NCBI GenBank assembly: GCA_034530615.2
Contig: JAVRCV020000001.1
Span: 1-64,000 of the forward strand
DNA from: Aulosira sp. ZfuVER01
GTDB taxonomy: Bacteria > Cyanobacteriota > Cyanobacteriia > Cyanobacteriales > Nostocaceae
Reading direction: 5' to 3'
DNA length: 64,000 nucleotides
Shown here piece by piece: positions 37,932-48,709 of the stretch; the first letter of the stretch is position 1, and the number at the start of each line of letters is the position of its first letter. The translations under genes were made by a program, and so were the position numbers. The notes below the pieces were generated by a model, which made no database searches, was not told the DNA's origin, and saw nothing but the letters and a program-made list of their open reading frames with translations.

Positions 37932-40900
37932 GTGAGGTTTTATGAAATACTTTTCAGAAGCGGAGTCAAGATTGTGGGCAATAAGCAAAAATTGACGGGA
38001 TGTGAAGATATTGTGGCAGGCGGAGGTGAGATGGCAGCACTCATGCGATCGCTTGATTGGTCAACTACCGCCGTCGGTGCTGTAGATACTTGGCCGCAAA
38101 GCTTGAAAACTGCCGTTCGCATCATGTTAGGCTCACGCTACCCCATGTTTGTTTGGTGGGGAGAGTCGATGACTAAGTTTTATAACGATGCTTACATTCC
38201 GGTTTTGGGTCAACGCCATCCCCAAGCACTAGGTCAGCCAGCTTCTCAGGTATGGGCGGAGATTTGGGACACCCTAGGGCCACAAGCGGAGGCTGTGCTG
38301 CAAAAAGGGGATTCTTCGTGGAATCAAGAATTGCTGTTAGTTATGCAGCGTAATGGCTATCCAGAAGAAACCTACTTTACCTTTTCCTACAGTCCCATTC
38401 CCCAGGAAGATGGTAATGTGGGTGGGGTCTTCTGCGCCTGCACTGAGGAAACCCGTCGCGTTTTGAGCGATCGCCGTTTGCATATTTTGCGAGAACTAGC
38501 AGCTAATACCGCCAAGGCTAAAACCGTCGAAGATGCTTGTGAAATTTCTGCCCAGACCTTGGCGAGTAACCCCTATGATGTACCCTTTGCCCTGCTGTAT
38601 TTGCTGGATGATAGCGGAGTGCAGGCGCGATTGGTAGGTGCAACCGGATTAGCCCCAGGAACCCCAGCCAGTCCCCCAGAAATTGAGATGGGATCGGAAA
38701 TATGCGATCGCTGGTCGCTTGCTGATGTCCTTGCCAATGGAAAAAGTCAGTTAGTACAGGATCTAAAATCAAAATTTGGAGATTTACCTGGTGGTGCTTG
38801 GCCAGAGTCCCCAAATTGTGCTTTTGTCTTACCCCTCACCACCCCCGGACAGGTGCGACTCAGCGGATTTTTAATTGCCGGGATCAGTCCGCGCCGCCAG
38901 TTTGACGATGATTATCAAGGCTTCTGGGATTTAGTCGCCGGACAAATTACCACTGCGATCGCTAACGCCCGCGCCTACGAAGCAGAAAAACTCCGGGCGG
39001 AAGCACTCGCAGAAATCGATCGCGCCAAAACTCAGTTTTTCAGTAACGTCTCCCACGAATTTCGTACCCCCTTAACCTTGATGTTGGGGCCGACAGAAGA
39101 TGCGTTATTCGATCCCACAAATCCTTTACCTGCTGTGCAACGCGAACGAATCGAAATTGTCCAGCGTAACGCACTGCGGTTACTTAAATTAGTTAACACC
39201 TTGCTTGATTTTTCCCGCATTGAAGCTGGACGCATTCAGGCAATATATGAACCCACAGATTTAGCCACATTTACCGCTGAACTTGCCAGTGTGTTTCGCT
39301 CCACAATTGAACAGGCAGGAATGCAACTGACTGTGGATTGTCATCACTTACCCGAAGCGATTTACATCGATCGCGAAATGTGGGAAAAAATCGTATTTAA
39401 TCTCTTATCAAATGCATTTAAATTTACATTTTCCGGAACGATTACAGTTAAATTAGAGTATTTTCAAAAGTACGTTAATTTAGTTGTTGAAGATACAGGT
39501 ATTGGCATTCCAAATGAGGAAATTCCCCATTTGTTTCAGCGATTTCACAGAGTCAAAGATGCCCAAGGAAGGAGTTTTGAAGGCTCAGGTATTGGTTTAT
39601 CGCTGGTGCAGGAATTTGTGAAACTTCATGGTGGGACGGTTAGCGTTACCAGTGTTTTGGGTGGGGGAAGTTGTTTTACTGTCGCTATTCCCACAGGATC
39701 GGCTCATTTGCCACAGGAGGCAATCCGCACCACTCCCACCTTAATACCAACTACTTTAAGTTCAATCCCTTATGTGGAAGAAGCCCAACGTTGGGCAGAT
39801 GAGGCAGACAAGGGAGATGGAATTTTGACATTTCCTCAAACAACTCGCATTCTTTTGGCTGATGATAATGCAGATATGCGTGATTATGTCAAGCGGTTGT
39901 TGAGTTCGCGCTATACAGTTGATGTAGTTGCAAATGGCATTACGGCATTAAATGTAGTGCGGGATAATCCACCAGACTTGGTATTAACAGATGTGATGAT
40001 GCCAGGAATTGATGGCTTTGAATTACTGCGATCGCTGCGTTGCGATCCCCAAACTCAAGAGATCCCGATTATTTTATTATCGGCAAGGGCGGGTGAAGAA
40101 TCGCGAATTGAAGGACTGGCAGCTGGAGCCGATGATTATATAGTTAAGCCGTTTTCAGCACGAGAATTACTGGCGCGTGTAGAAACCAATCTCAAATTAT
40201 CCCAATTGCGACAAGTTGCGCGCAAGCAAGAACAAGTCTTAAGGATGGAAGCAGAAGCCGCGCTACGCGATCGCCAACAAGCAGAAGCCGAATTGCGTCA
40301 AAGCCAAGAACTTTTCCAGCAAATGGCAGACACAATTGAAAGCGTCTTTTGGTTATCCGATCCGCAAGCACAAAAAATGCTTTACGTCAGCCCCGCCTAC
40401 GAGAAAATTTGGGGACGTTCCTGTGAGAGCTTATATGCTGATAGCAAAAGTTGGATGGAAACGATTCACCCCGACGATCGAGAACAGGTGCGGATGGCTG
40501 GGGAAAAATGTCTAGCCAAAGGTAATCATACTGAAGAATATCGAATATTACGTCCTGATGGTACGATTCGGTGGATATGCGATCGCGGCTTTTTAGTTCG
40601 CGATCGGCATGGACAACCATATCGCATTGCGGGAGTGGCCGAAGATATTAGCGATGTCTACAACGAGCTGCGCTTACGCAAACAAGCCGAGCAAGAACGA
40701 GAAGAATTACTTGTGCGCGAACGCGCCGCCCGTGAAGAAGCGGAACGGGCCAATCGGATCAAAGATGAATTTCTCGCCGTCCTTTCCCACGAATTGAGAT
40801 CGCCTCTCAACCCAATTCTTGGTTGGTCAAAGTTGTTGCAAAATAGCAAACTTAATGCCAAGCAAACTGCGGAAGCCCTCGCCACCATTGAACGTAACGC

Positions 40901-41873
40901 CAATTTACAAGCACAGCTGATTGAAGATTTACTTGATGTCTCGCGGATTCTCCGGGGCAAATTGGTCTTAAATACCATGCCCCTCGATTTGGGTAGGGTA
41001 ATTTACTCGGCGCTGGAGACTGTGCAATTAGCTGCTCAAGCCAAGTCTTTAGAAATATATACAAATATTAGCCCAATGGTCAGCGCGATCGGAGATGCGA
41101 CTCGATTGCAGCAAGTAGTGTGGAATATTTTAGCCAACGCTGTTAAATTTACGCCACCAGGGGGGAAAATTGAAGTTGATTTAACACCAGTTGGTAGCAA
41201 TGCTCAAATTCGAGTCAAAGATACAGGTAAAGGTATCCATCCTGAGTTTCTACCCTATGTATTTGACCATTTCCAACAAGAAGACGGCTCCACAACCAGG
41301 CAATTTGGTGGTTTGGGGTTGGGACTAGCGATCGTGCGTCAACTAGTGGAACTGCATGGCGGGACTGTGGCGGTGGAAAGTCTTGGTGAAGGACAGGGTG
41401 CAACTTTTACAGTCCAAATTCCCCTCTCTAGGGATGCAATTATTCCCAAAGCTACTTTGCCACTATCAAATAAGCGATCGCCAAATCTCAGTGGCATTCA
41501 CATTTTAGTTGTGGATGACGAACCAGACTGCCGCGAACTTCTCACCTTTGTATTCACACAAGAACAAGCAATAGTCACAGCTGTTTCATCAGGATTAGCA
41601 GCACTCAACGCTATTAACCAAGCAGTTCCAGATATATTGATTAGTGATATCGGTATGCCTGAGATGGATGGTTATATGCTCATGCACAACATTCGCGCCT
41701 CATCACATGGTAAATCAATTCCAGCCATAGCCTTAACTGCTTACGCTGGAGAATTGAATCAGCAAAAAGCGATCGCAGCGGGTTTCCAAAGACATATTGT
41801 CAAACCAGTCGATACCAATGTAGCGATCGCGATCGTTGTTGAGTTAGTTAGGCAAAAGCAAATTAATATTTAA
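37932..41873 (+). CDS. Hybrid histidine kinase with two transmitter modules (PAS-like, GAF, HisKA-HATPase, REC, PAS, HisKA-HATPase, REC)
   Basis: VSHEFRTPL and LSHELRSPL H-boxes, two HATPase and two REC domains; true start probably slightly downstream. Confidence 0.92.
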   Translation: MRFYEILFRSGVKIVGNKQKLTGCEDIVAGGGEMAALMRSLDWSTTAVGAVDTWPQSLKTAVRIMLGSRYPMFVWWGESMTKFYNDAYIPVLGQRHPQALGQPASQVWAEIWDTLGPQAEAVLQKGDSSWNQELLLVMQRNGYPEETYFTFSYSPIPQEDGNVGGVFCACTEETRRVLSDRRLHILRELAANTAKAKTVEDACEISAQTLASNPYDVPFALLYLLDDSGVQARLVGATGLAPGTPASPPEIEMGSEICDRWSLADVLANGKSQLVQDLKSKFGDLPGGAWPESPNCAFVLPLTTPGQVRLSGFLIAGISPRRQFDDDYQGFWDLVAGQITTAIANARAYEAEKLRAEALAEIDRAKTQFFSNVSHEFRTPLTLMLGPTEDALFDPTNPLPAVQRERIEIVQRNALRLLKLVNTLLDFSRIEAGRIQAIYEPTDLATFTAELASVFRSTIEQAGMQLTVDCHHLPEAIYIDREMWEKIVFNLLSNAFKFTFSGTITVKLEYFQKYVNLVVEDTGIGIPNEEIPHLFQRFHRVKDAQGRSFEGSGIGLSLVQEFVKLHGGTVSVTSVLGGGSCFTVAIPTGSAHLPQEAIRTTPTLIPTTLSSIPYVEEAQRWADEADKGDGILTFPQTTRILLADDNADMRDYVKRLLSSRYTVDVVANGITALNVVRDNPPDLVLTDVMMPGIDGFELLRSLRCDPQTQEIPIILLSARAGEESRIEGLAAGADDYIVKPFSARELLARVETNLKLSQLRQVARKQEQVLRMEAEAALRDRQQAEAELRQSQELFQQMADTIESVFWLSDPQAQKMLYVSPAYEKIWGRSCESLYADSKSWMETIHPDDREQVRMAGEKCLAKGNHTEEYRILRPDGTIRWICDRGFLVRDRHGQPYRIAGVAEDISDVYNELRLRKQAEQEREELLVRERAAREEAERANRIKDEFLAVLSHELRSPLNPILGWSKLLQNSKLNAKQTAEALATIERNANLQAQLIEDLLDVSRILRGKLVLNTMPLDLGRVIYSALETVQLAAQAKSLEIYTNISPMVSAIGDATRLQQVVWNILANAVKFTPPGGKIEVDLTPVGSNAQIRVKDTGKGIHPEFLPYVFDHFQQEDGSTTRQFGGLGLGLAIVRQLVELHGGTVAVESLGEGQGATFTVQIPLSRDAIIPKATLPLSNKRSPNLSGIHILVVDDEPDCRELLTFVFTQEQAIVTAVSSGLAALNAINQAVPDILISDIGMPEMDGYMLMHNIRASSHGKSIPAIALTAYAGELNQQKAIAAGFQRHIVKPVDTNVAIAIVVELVRQKQINI
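40656..40676 (+). repeat. 21-nt small dispersed repeat inserted in a HIP1 site
   Basis: gcgat|gtctacaacgagctgcgctta|cgc; removal restores GCGATCGC and the PAS-linker motif DISDRK. Confidence 0.8.
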
Positions 41874-41934
41874 CTACTGATAGTAAATAGATATGACCAA
41901 ATACCCATAACCAATGACCAATGGCAAATAACCC

Positions 41935-43401
41935 ATGACAAAAAATTACTTTCGTGTAGGGATAGCGGCTATATTTCTCTTCTCAGTTGCTTTGCGTTTT
42001 TGGGGACTGGATCGATTTAATACCCTAGTATTTGATGAAATTTACTTTGCCAAATTTGGGAATAACTATCTTACCCATACTCCCTTTTTCAATGCTCATC
42101 CGCCATTGAGTCAATATATTATTGGTATTGGGATTTGGCTTGGCAGTCATTTGCCTTTTGGGCAAGAATCAGTAAACGGGTTAGCAGGTTCTTTACTATC
42201 TCCTTGGAATTATCGTTGGGCAAATGCCTTCACTGGTTCATTGATTCCTTTAGTGGTCATCGGTGTTACTTATCAAATCAGTCATCGTCGTAGCTTTGCA
42301 TTACTTGCAGGGTTCTTTACAGCGTGTGATGGGTTATTTCTTGTTGAATCTCGCTATGCTCTGAGTAATATTTATATTGTGATTTTTGGTTTATTAGGGC
42401 AGTGGTTTTTATTTTTAGCCTTAGATAACCAAAAACAACGGCGTTCTTTATGGTTAATTGCTGCTGGTATTGGTTTTGGTGCGTCAGTTGGCACTAAATG
42501 GAATGGTTTATGGTTTCTGTTAGGTGCTTATCTAATTTGGGTTACAGCTTGGCTTATTCATGGGTTGCATTCTTATCTTAGTCCGGGCGAAGATGCCAAA
42601 CTTGAGGAATCACCATTAGCTCAAGTTGAGACACCACTACAAAAGCTGACTCAGCTAAATATTTTCCAGATGGGGTTTTATTTAGGAATTATCCCGGCTT
42701 TAGTCTACAGCCTGATCTGGATTCCTCACCTGCATCTCGATACAAGATACGGTTTTATCGAAGTACACCAACAAATTTTGCAGTTTCACCTACACATGGG
42801 TGGTAATAGTCCCACTGTGCATCCTTACTGTGCTGCTTGGTACAAATGGCCTTTAATGACTCGACCAATGGCCTATTATTATCAAACATCTAGTAGTTTC
42901 ACAGATCCCTTACCAGTCATGGGGCCTAATTTACCCGCTGCTGATGGACAGGTAATTTATGATGTCCATGCAATGGGTAATCCTTTTTTGTGGTGGTCTG
43001 GGATGGCTGCGATGTTGTTTTTAGTAGGGATGCTAGTGTCAAAATTGGTGATGCCTTTAGTCAAAAATAAGCGGTTGTCTATACCTGCAAACCTTTCTGT
43101 TGATACTTGGGTTGCCTTGTATATAGTGTTAAATTATGCCGCTAATTTATTACCTTGGGTAAAAGTCACCAGGTGTGTTTTTATTTACCACTATATATGT
43201 GCTGTGGTGTTTGTATTTTTAGCGATCGCTTGGTTTGTAGATCAATGTCTTCGCAGTTATTATCAGGAACTACGCGCTTTCGGTGTTACTATTACTTTTA
43301 TCATTTTGGCTGCTTTTATCTTCTGGATGCCAATTTATTTAGGCTTACCTCTAACTGCTGAGGGTTATAAACTGCGAATGTTGTTTAACTCTTGGATTTA
43401 A
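41935..43401 (+). CDS. Dolichyl/polyprenyl-phosphate-mannose protein mannosyltransferase (PMT family)
   Basis: VFDEIYFA, HPPL, VESRY, KWNG, HPY...Y.WP, GNP..WW, FIYHY. Confidence 0.9.
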   Translation: MTKNYFRVGIAAIFLFSVALRFWGLDRFNTLVFDEIYFAKFGNNYLTHTPFFNAHPPLSQYIIGIGIWLGSHLPFGQESVNGLAGSLLSPWNYRWANAFTGSLIPLVVIGVTYQISHRRSFALLAGFFTACDGLFLVESRYALSNIYIVIFGLLGQWFLFLALDNQKQRRSLWLIAAGIGFGASVGTKWNGLWFLLGAYLIWVTAWLIHGLHSYLSPGEDAKLEESPLAQVETPLQKLTQLNIFQMGFYLGIIPALVYSLIWIPHLHLDTRYGFIEVHQQILQFHLHMGGNSPTVHPYCAAWYKWPLMTRPMAYYYQTSSSFTDPLPVMGPNLPAADGQVIYDVHAMGNPFLWWSGMAAMLFLVGMLVSKLVMPLVKNKRLSIPANLSVDTWVALYIVLNYAANLLPWVKVTRCVFIYHYICAVVFVFLAIAWFVDQCLRSYYQELRAFGVTITFIILAAFIFWMPIYLGLPLTAEGYKLRMLFNSWI

Positions 43402-43440
43402 ATCATGAAAAGCTGGTAACTTTCATCTTCTTACAAAGAA

Positions 43441-43634
43441 AGGCAGAGGGTCGAGGGCAGAGGGCAGAAGGTTAAGAGTATCAATTAAAACTTTAGTTCT
43501 GGGTTTAAAGCCCAGTTCAAACGCATAATTATACCGAGACTGTTTACAGCGAGGTAGAAAACGTCATGATCGCAATCCCACTTTTTTAAAGGTGGGTTCC
43601 CTTCTGCCCTCTGCCTCCAGCATAGCTGCCTTCT
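43441..43634. repeat. MITE-like element with GGCAGAG-heptamer inverted arms
   Basis: aggcagagggtcgagggcagagggcagaagg ... ccttctgccctctgcctcc...ctgccttc. Confidence 0.6.
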
Positions 43635-43658
43635 GAATTTTCTCACCTTTTTTCTAAG

Positions 43659-45878
43659 TCACGTTAGGTGTGAATTAGTAATTGCCTGTACAAAGGCAAT
43701 AGTACTGTTCCAGGTAACTGTTTGATTAAGTAAATACTGAGTGAATATTTCTTGTACAGCTTGTATTTCCCTAACTGTCAGATTCTTCGCCAAACGGTCT
43801 GCATAACTGGGGCGAGTTGCATTAGTAGCAAACAAGCGATTGATAAAAGCTTGGGTAATGTGCATTTGTGTGGAATTATGCTCAAGCATCACTTCCACAA
43901 CTAAAGAAGCAGCCTCAAAAGCTTTGCGCAAATCTTCAGCATCCCAGTTGAGCATGGGGTCTGTTTCCTCTGCATAAATAGCTTCTTCCGCAGTCACTAA
44001 CTTTTCATACAAATCCAAATCTAGCTGCTTGGATTCTAGTAACCGATAAAATCTTTGCGTATGACGCGGCACTGTCTCAGCTAGTATAATTGCTCCTTGT
44101 GGTTGCAGTAATTTAGCCAAGATTTTGGCAATAGCTACTTTATCAGGTTCAGAACGTAGGGCATTGCGTCCAATAATGCGGTCAAAGCGGATATCAGTAG
44201 CTTTTGTGGGTAACTCTGCTAATGTGGTCTGCAAAATCAGCGGACGCATTAATTCTGGCAGTGCTGCGGCTTGTTCGGCTAAAGCATTAGCGTCAGAGCT
44301 AGTATGCACACAAGCACAAACTCCACCTTCTGGGGCGCGACGTATGGCTTCCCAGGTAAGTAAACCACTGCTAGCATTGATATCTAAAATGAGATGATGA
44401 CGCTGTACTTGGGCGATATTAAAGATGCGATCGCGTACTGCTCCTAACTGTTCTCCTACTTGCGAAAGTGTACGCTGCAACCATCGCTCAGAATTGCGAT
44501 CGGTATTGCTATATGTCAGGACTTCTTGTGGTGCAATACCTACACCTTCTACTAAAGCTGCTAGCTGCGCCTCGCGATGACGCGCCACCCGCGTAGCAAT
44601 TTGCTGTTCGTAACCTTGGTCTGATGGCTGGTAAAAAACTTGTCCTTGCAAACTCACAGGTAAGTATTGTTGAGCTACCCAATGATCGCGGTAAGCGTGA
44701 GGATAAAGATAACCGACTCCATGCCCAAAGCCTTTTTTGTCACGATTAGCATCTTTAAGATGTGTGGGAACCTCCGCTTCCCTTTCACTCTCAACCGCAG
44801 CTAAGGCATCAAAAAAACCCATGACGCTATTGGACTTTGGTGCATTTGCCAAATACAGGGTTGCTTGGGCTAAATGATAACGTCCTTCTGGCAACCCCAC
44901 ACGGTCAAAAGCTTCTGCACAAGCATTAATCACTACAACTGCTTGAGGGTCAGCTAGTCCGACATCTTCACTAGCTAAAATCAATAAGCGGCGTAAAATA
45001 AAACGCGGGTCTTCGCCTGCATAGACCATTTTTGCCAGCCAATACAAAGCTGCATCTGGGTCAGAACCGCGAATGCTTTTGATGAAGGCGCTGATGGTAT
45101 CAAAGTGGGCATCCCCTTCTTTATCGTATAAAACAGCACGCTGCTGAATTGATTCTTCTGCAACTGCTAGGGAAACGTAAATTACACCTGTGGTATCAGG
45201 TGGCGTTGTTTCTACCGCTAATTCCAACGCATTGAGCAGCGAACGAGCATCTCCGTTAGCAACATTTACAAGATGTGCCAGCGCCTCTGGTGCAATTTGT
45301 ACTTGCTTTTTACCGTAACCGCGTTCTGAATCAGTTAGCGCTTGCTGGACTATGTTGTACAAATCTTCATCGTTGAGTGGCTTAAGTTGGAAAATCCGCG
45401 ATCGGCTGACTAAAGCTTTGTTAACTTCAAAGTAAGGATTTTCTGTGGTCGCACCAATTAAAATCACCGTACCATTTTCTACCCAAGGCAATAGTGCATC
45501 CTGTTGGGACTTGTTAAAACGGTGGACTTCATCGACAAACAAAATTGTCCTTTGATTGTGGAACTTGCGCTGTTCTTGAGCTTGGTCAATTGCTCCCCGA
45601 ATCTCTTTAACGCCAGAAAGCACAGCATTAATCGCAATAAAATTAGCACGAGTAGTATTGGCAATCACCCGCGCTAAGGTGGTTTTACCTGTTCCTGGCG
45701 GGCCAAAGAAAATTAATGAGGATAGTTGGTCTAAACTGATAGCACGCCGCAGCAGCCTTCCTGGCCCAAGAATGCGATCTTGACCGATGAATTCATCAAG
45801 AGTTCGCGGACGCATCCGTGCAGCCAGGGGTGCTTCCGTTTCCGTAATTTGCCTTAAATGCTGGTCAAATAAATCCAT
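43659..45878 (-). CDS. rarA: Replication-associated recombination AAA+ ATPase (RarA/MgsA) with C-terminal methyltransferase-like domain
   Basis: [56 protein letters not shown]; about 290-aa C-terminal extension. Confidence 0.92.
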   Translation of the reverse strand: MDLFDQHLRQITETEAPLAARMRPRTLDEFIGQDRILGPGRLLRRAISLDQLSSLIFFGPPGTGKTTLARVIANTTRANFIAINAVLSGVKEIRGAIDQAQEQRKFHNQRTILFVDEVHRFNKSQQDALLPWVENGTVILIGATTENPYFEVNKALVSRSRIFQLKPLNDEDLYNIVQQALTDSERGYGKKQVQIAPEALAHLVNVANGDARSLLNALELAVETTPPDTTGVIYVSLAVAEESIQQRAVLYDKEGDAHFDTISAFIKSIRGSDPDAALYWLAKMVYAGEDPRFILRRLLILASEDVGLADPQAVVVINACAEAFDRVGLPEGRYHLAQATLYLANAPKSNSVMGFFDALAAVESEREAEVPTHLKDANRDKKGFGHGVGYLYPHAYRDHWVAQQYLPVSLQGQVFYQPSDQGYEQQIATRVARHREAQLAALVEGVGIAPQEVLTYSNTDRNSERWLQRTLSQVGEQLGAVRDRIFNIAQVQRHHLILDINASSGLLTWEAIRRAPEGGVCACVHTSSDANALAEQAAALPELMRPLILQTTLAELPTKATDIRFDRIIGRNALRSEPDKVAIAKILAKLLQPQGAIILAETVPRHTQRFYRLLESKQLDLDLYEKLVTAEEAIYAEETDPMLNWDAEDLRKAFEAASLVVEVMLEHNSTQMHITQAFINRLFATNATRPSYADRLAKNLTVREIQAVQEIFTQYLLNQTVTWNSTIAFVQAITNSHLT

Positions 45879-45995
45879 AAAATCTCGCTAAGGATTAACC
45901 CAGCCCCCAGTTCTATCAGCCACACCGAAAAGCATAAGGCTAAGATAATAGCCATATTGCTGCATCTACTATTCTACAAATCTCAACTTGCCTTC

Positions 45996-47477
45996 ATGAG
46001 TACAATCCCAACCTTACCCAACTACATCAATGGTCAGTGGTGTGCATCTACTAGCGCTACAGACTACTTAGAGGTCATCAATCCCGCAACCGTAGAAATA
46101 CTGGCACAAGTACCTGTATCGCCTGCATCTGAAGTGAATAAAGCAGTTGCAGCTGCTGTGGCAGCTTTTGTGACATGGCGGCGCACCCCAGCTGCAGAAA
46201 GAGTGCAGTATTTATTTAAACTCAAAAACCTGCTAGAAGAACATTATGAGGATTTGGCGCGGACGATTACTATAGAATGCGGTAAGACTTGGGCTGAGTC
46301 CAAGGGTGAAATGCGTCGGGCGATTGAAAATGTAGAAGTCGCCTGTGGAATTCCCATGATGATGCAAGGGACGAATCTGGAAGATATTGCCACAGGTATT
46401 GATGAGATGATGATTCGCCAACCCTTGGGAGTGGCGGCGGTGATTTGTCCTTTTAACTTTCCGGGGATGATTCCGTTTTGGTTCTTGCCTTATGCGATCG
46501 CAACTGGCAATACTTACATTGTCAAGCCTTCGGAAAAAGTGCCGCTGACAATGCAAAAAATCTTTCACTTACTACACAAAACTGGTTTGCCCAAAGGGGT
46601 AATTAATTTAGTAAATGGTGCGAAGGAAACTGTCGATGCGATTTTAGATCATCCGCAAATCCGGGCAATTAGTTTTGTGGGTTCCACCCCAGTAGCTAGA
46701 TATATATATAGTAGAGGCGCAGCTAATGGTAAAAGAGTGCAGTGCCAAGGTGGTGCTAAAAATCCCTTGATTGTTTTACCAGATGCAGACATCGAGATGA
46801 CTACACGTATTGCGGCTGATAGCGCTTTTGGTTGTGCAGGACAACGCTGTTTAGCCGCATCTATTGCAGTCACGGTTGCAGATGCACGCCACTCTTTTAC
46901 AGAAGCCATAGCCGAAACTGCGAAAAACCGTGTGGTAGGTAACGGTTTAGATAAAAGTGTGGAAATGGGGCCAGTAATTGATAGTCGCAGTAAAAACCGG
47001 ATTGAGGGATTAATTCAACAAGGGGTAGAGGAAGGAGCAAATCTTTTAGTAGATGGGCGAAAAGCGAATATTTCTGGTTACGAACAAGGTAATTTTATTC
47101 GACCAACAATTTTACAAAACGTCAACCCAACAGGTGAAATCGCCCGTACCGAAATTTTTGGCCCAGTACTGAGCTTAATACATTTAGATACTATTGATGA
47201 TGCGATCGCCTTAGTAAATAGCGGTCAATATGGCAACATGGCTTGTTTATTCACCAGTAGCGGCGCTGCTGCACGTAAATTCCGCTACGAAGCAGAAGCA
47301 GGTAATATTGGCATCAACATTGGCGTTGCTGCCCCAATGGCATTTTTCCCCTTTAGCGGTTGGAAAGAAAGCTTTTTTGGCGATTTACACGGGCAAAGCA
47401 ACCACGCAGTTGAATTTTTTACCCAAACAAAAGTGGTAGTAGAACGCTGGCCCAGCAATTGGTCACGTCAATTTTGA
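45996..47477 (+). CDS. mmsA: CoA-acylating methylmalonate-semialdehyde dehydrogenase
   Basis: [48 protein letters not shown]. Confidence 0.92.
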   Translation: MSTIPTLPNYINGQWCASTSATDYLEVINPATVEILAQVPVSPASEVNKAVAAAVAAFVTWRRTPAAERVQYLFKLKNLLEEHYEDLARTITIECGKTWAESKGEMRRAIENVEVACGIPMMMQGTNLEDIATGIDEMMIRQPLGVAAVICPFNFPGMIPFWFLPYAIATGNTYIVKPSEKVPLTMQKIFHLLHKTGLPKGVINLVNGAKETVDAILDHPQIRAISFVGSTPVARYIYSRGAANGKRVQCQGGAKNPLIVLPDADIEMTTRIAADSAFGCAGQRCLAASIAVTVADARHSFTEAIAETAKNRVVGNGLDKSVEMGPVIDSRSKNRIEGLIQQGVEEGANLLVDGRKANISGYEQGNFIRPTILQNVNPTGEIARTEIFGPVLSLIHLDTIDDAIALVNSGQYGNMACLFTSSGAAARKFRYEAEAGNIGINIGVAAPMAFFPFSGWKESFFGDLHGQSNHAVEFFTQTKVVVERWPSNWSRQF

Positions 47478-47813
47478 TTTGTTGGGAAAATTGGGCATGG
47501 GGCATTGCTCAAGAGTCATTAGTTATTTCTTCCTTATCCTCCTTGTCCTCCTTGTCCCCCTTGTCCCCCTCATCCCTTCATCTTCCCTACCCGAACAGCG
47601 ATGGAATATTTTTTCACTTGGAATTCCCTCATCTTGGTACAACTAAGCGATCGCATTTTGCGTTACATAGCAAATCTATGAAATATTTTTAAAGTAAAGT
47701 GTATATTTTATTTTTTATCTAGGGAAATTACATAGACAGCAATTTCTCAGTCTAATCTAAAAGACTTGTAAAATACCGAAAGTAGGGTTTTATTGCTCTA
47801 ACTATGGTAGTAA

Positions 47814-47834
47814 TACTGAAATTATATTTCAGTA
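47814..47834. promoter_or_regulatory. Perfect 9-bp inverted repeat upstream of the pentapeptide gene, possible operator
   Basis: tactgaaat-tat-atttcagta. Confidence 0.3.
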
Positions 47835-48036
47835 ATAAATTACTCCCATTGCATGAAGAATTAAATCGAGAATGTGAGACAATGAAATTGTTGAAGTTAA
47901 GTATGCTACCAATCAAGCCTTACATTTGCGTAGACTAAACTAACAGTCTTTTGCTAAAAGCTTAGAAGTAGTTAACCAAGTCTGCCACTGTTTGAATGAT
48001 TGATTAGCTTCTGGATAATCATGAGAGGAAAAAATT

Positions 48037-48483
48037 ATGAGACAGGTATTGTTGACCGCAGTAGCTTTCATCAGCACCCTATCTCTAGCTGTTCCAATTC
48101 CCACTCAAGCATCTGAAAACCAACCCCAAGTCAAACGTCTTCTTGAAACTGGAGTATGTTCTGGATGTGATTTAAGAGGTGCAAATCTCAGCGGTGCTCA
48201 CCTAATTGGTGCGGATTTAAGAAATGCTAATTTAAGAGGTGCTAATTTAAAAGGCGCTAATTTAGAGGGTGCGGATTTAGAAGGTGCTAATCTGGAGGCT
48301 GCTAATTTAACCAAAGCGTTCGCCAGTGATACTAGCTTCAATAACGCTAACCTAACTAATGCTAATTTAGCCCAAGCTCATCTACATAACGCTCAAGTAG
48401 ATGGTGCTGTGATGATTGGGACTAATATCACGGGTGCCGATGGATTTGATATCAATCTTGGTATCGGCGGTGGCGAAGAATAG
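48037..48483 (+). CDS. Pentapeptide repeat protein with signal peptide
   Basis: Signal peptide, CSGCDL, A(D/N)LxG repeats. Confidence 0.92.
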   Translation: MRQVLLTAVAFISTLSLAVPIPTQASENQPQVKRLLETGVCSGCDLRGANLSGAHLIGADLRNANLRGANLKGANLEGADLEGANLEAANLTKAFASDTSFNNANLTNANLAQAHLHNAQVDGAVMIGTNITGADGFDINLGIGGGEE

Positions 48484-48486
48484 TTA

Positions 48487-48613
48487 TATCGTGTCCGGTG
48501 AAAGACTTATCATTAAAACCGCATGGTAGCAGGGTGCAGGGTGCATAGAGAAAGAGGATTTCGCAATTTTTGCACAGATGCGGGAATTATAACTAAGTTA
48601 GACGGACATGATA
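48487..48613. mobile_element. TA-bounded MITE (IS630-like ends)
   Basis: tatcgtgtccg ... cggacatgata imperfect TIR, about 127 bp, no ORF. Confidence 0.65.
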
Positions 48614-48644
48614 TCAAACAATTTTGGATTTGAGATTTGTCGCA

Positions 48645-48677
48645 CTACATCTCCCATGCTTCTGTCGGGAGATGTAG
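48645..48677. terminator. Stem-loop between convergent genes
   Basis: ctacatctccc...gggagatgtag. Confidence 0.6.
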
Positions 48678-48709
48678 CGTTTATTGTCTTACCTGATAAC
48701 TCTTAAGTG

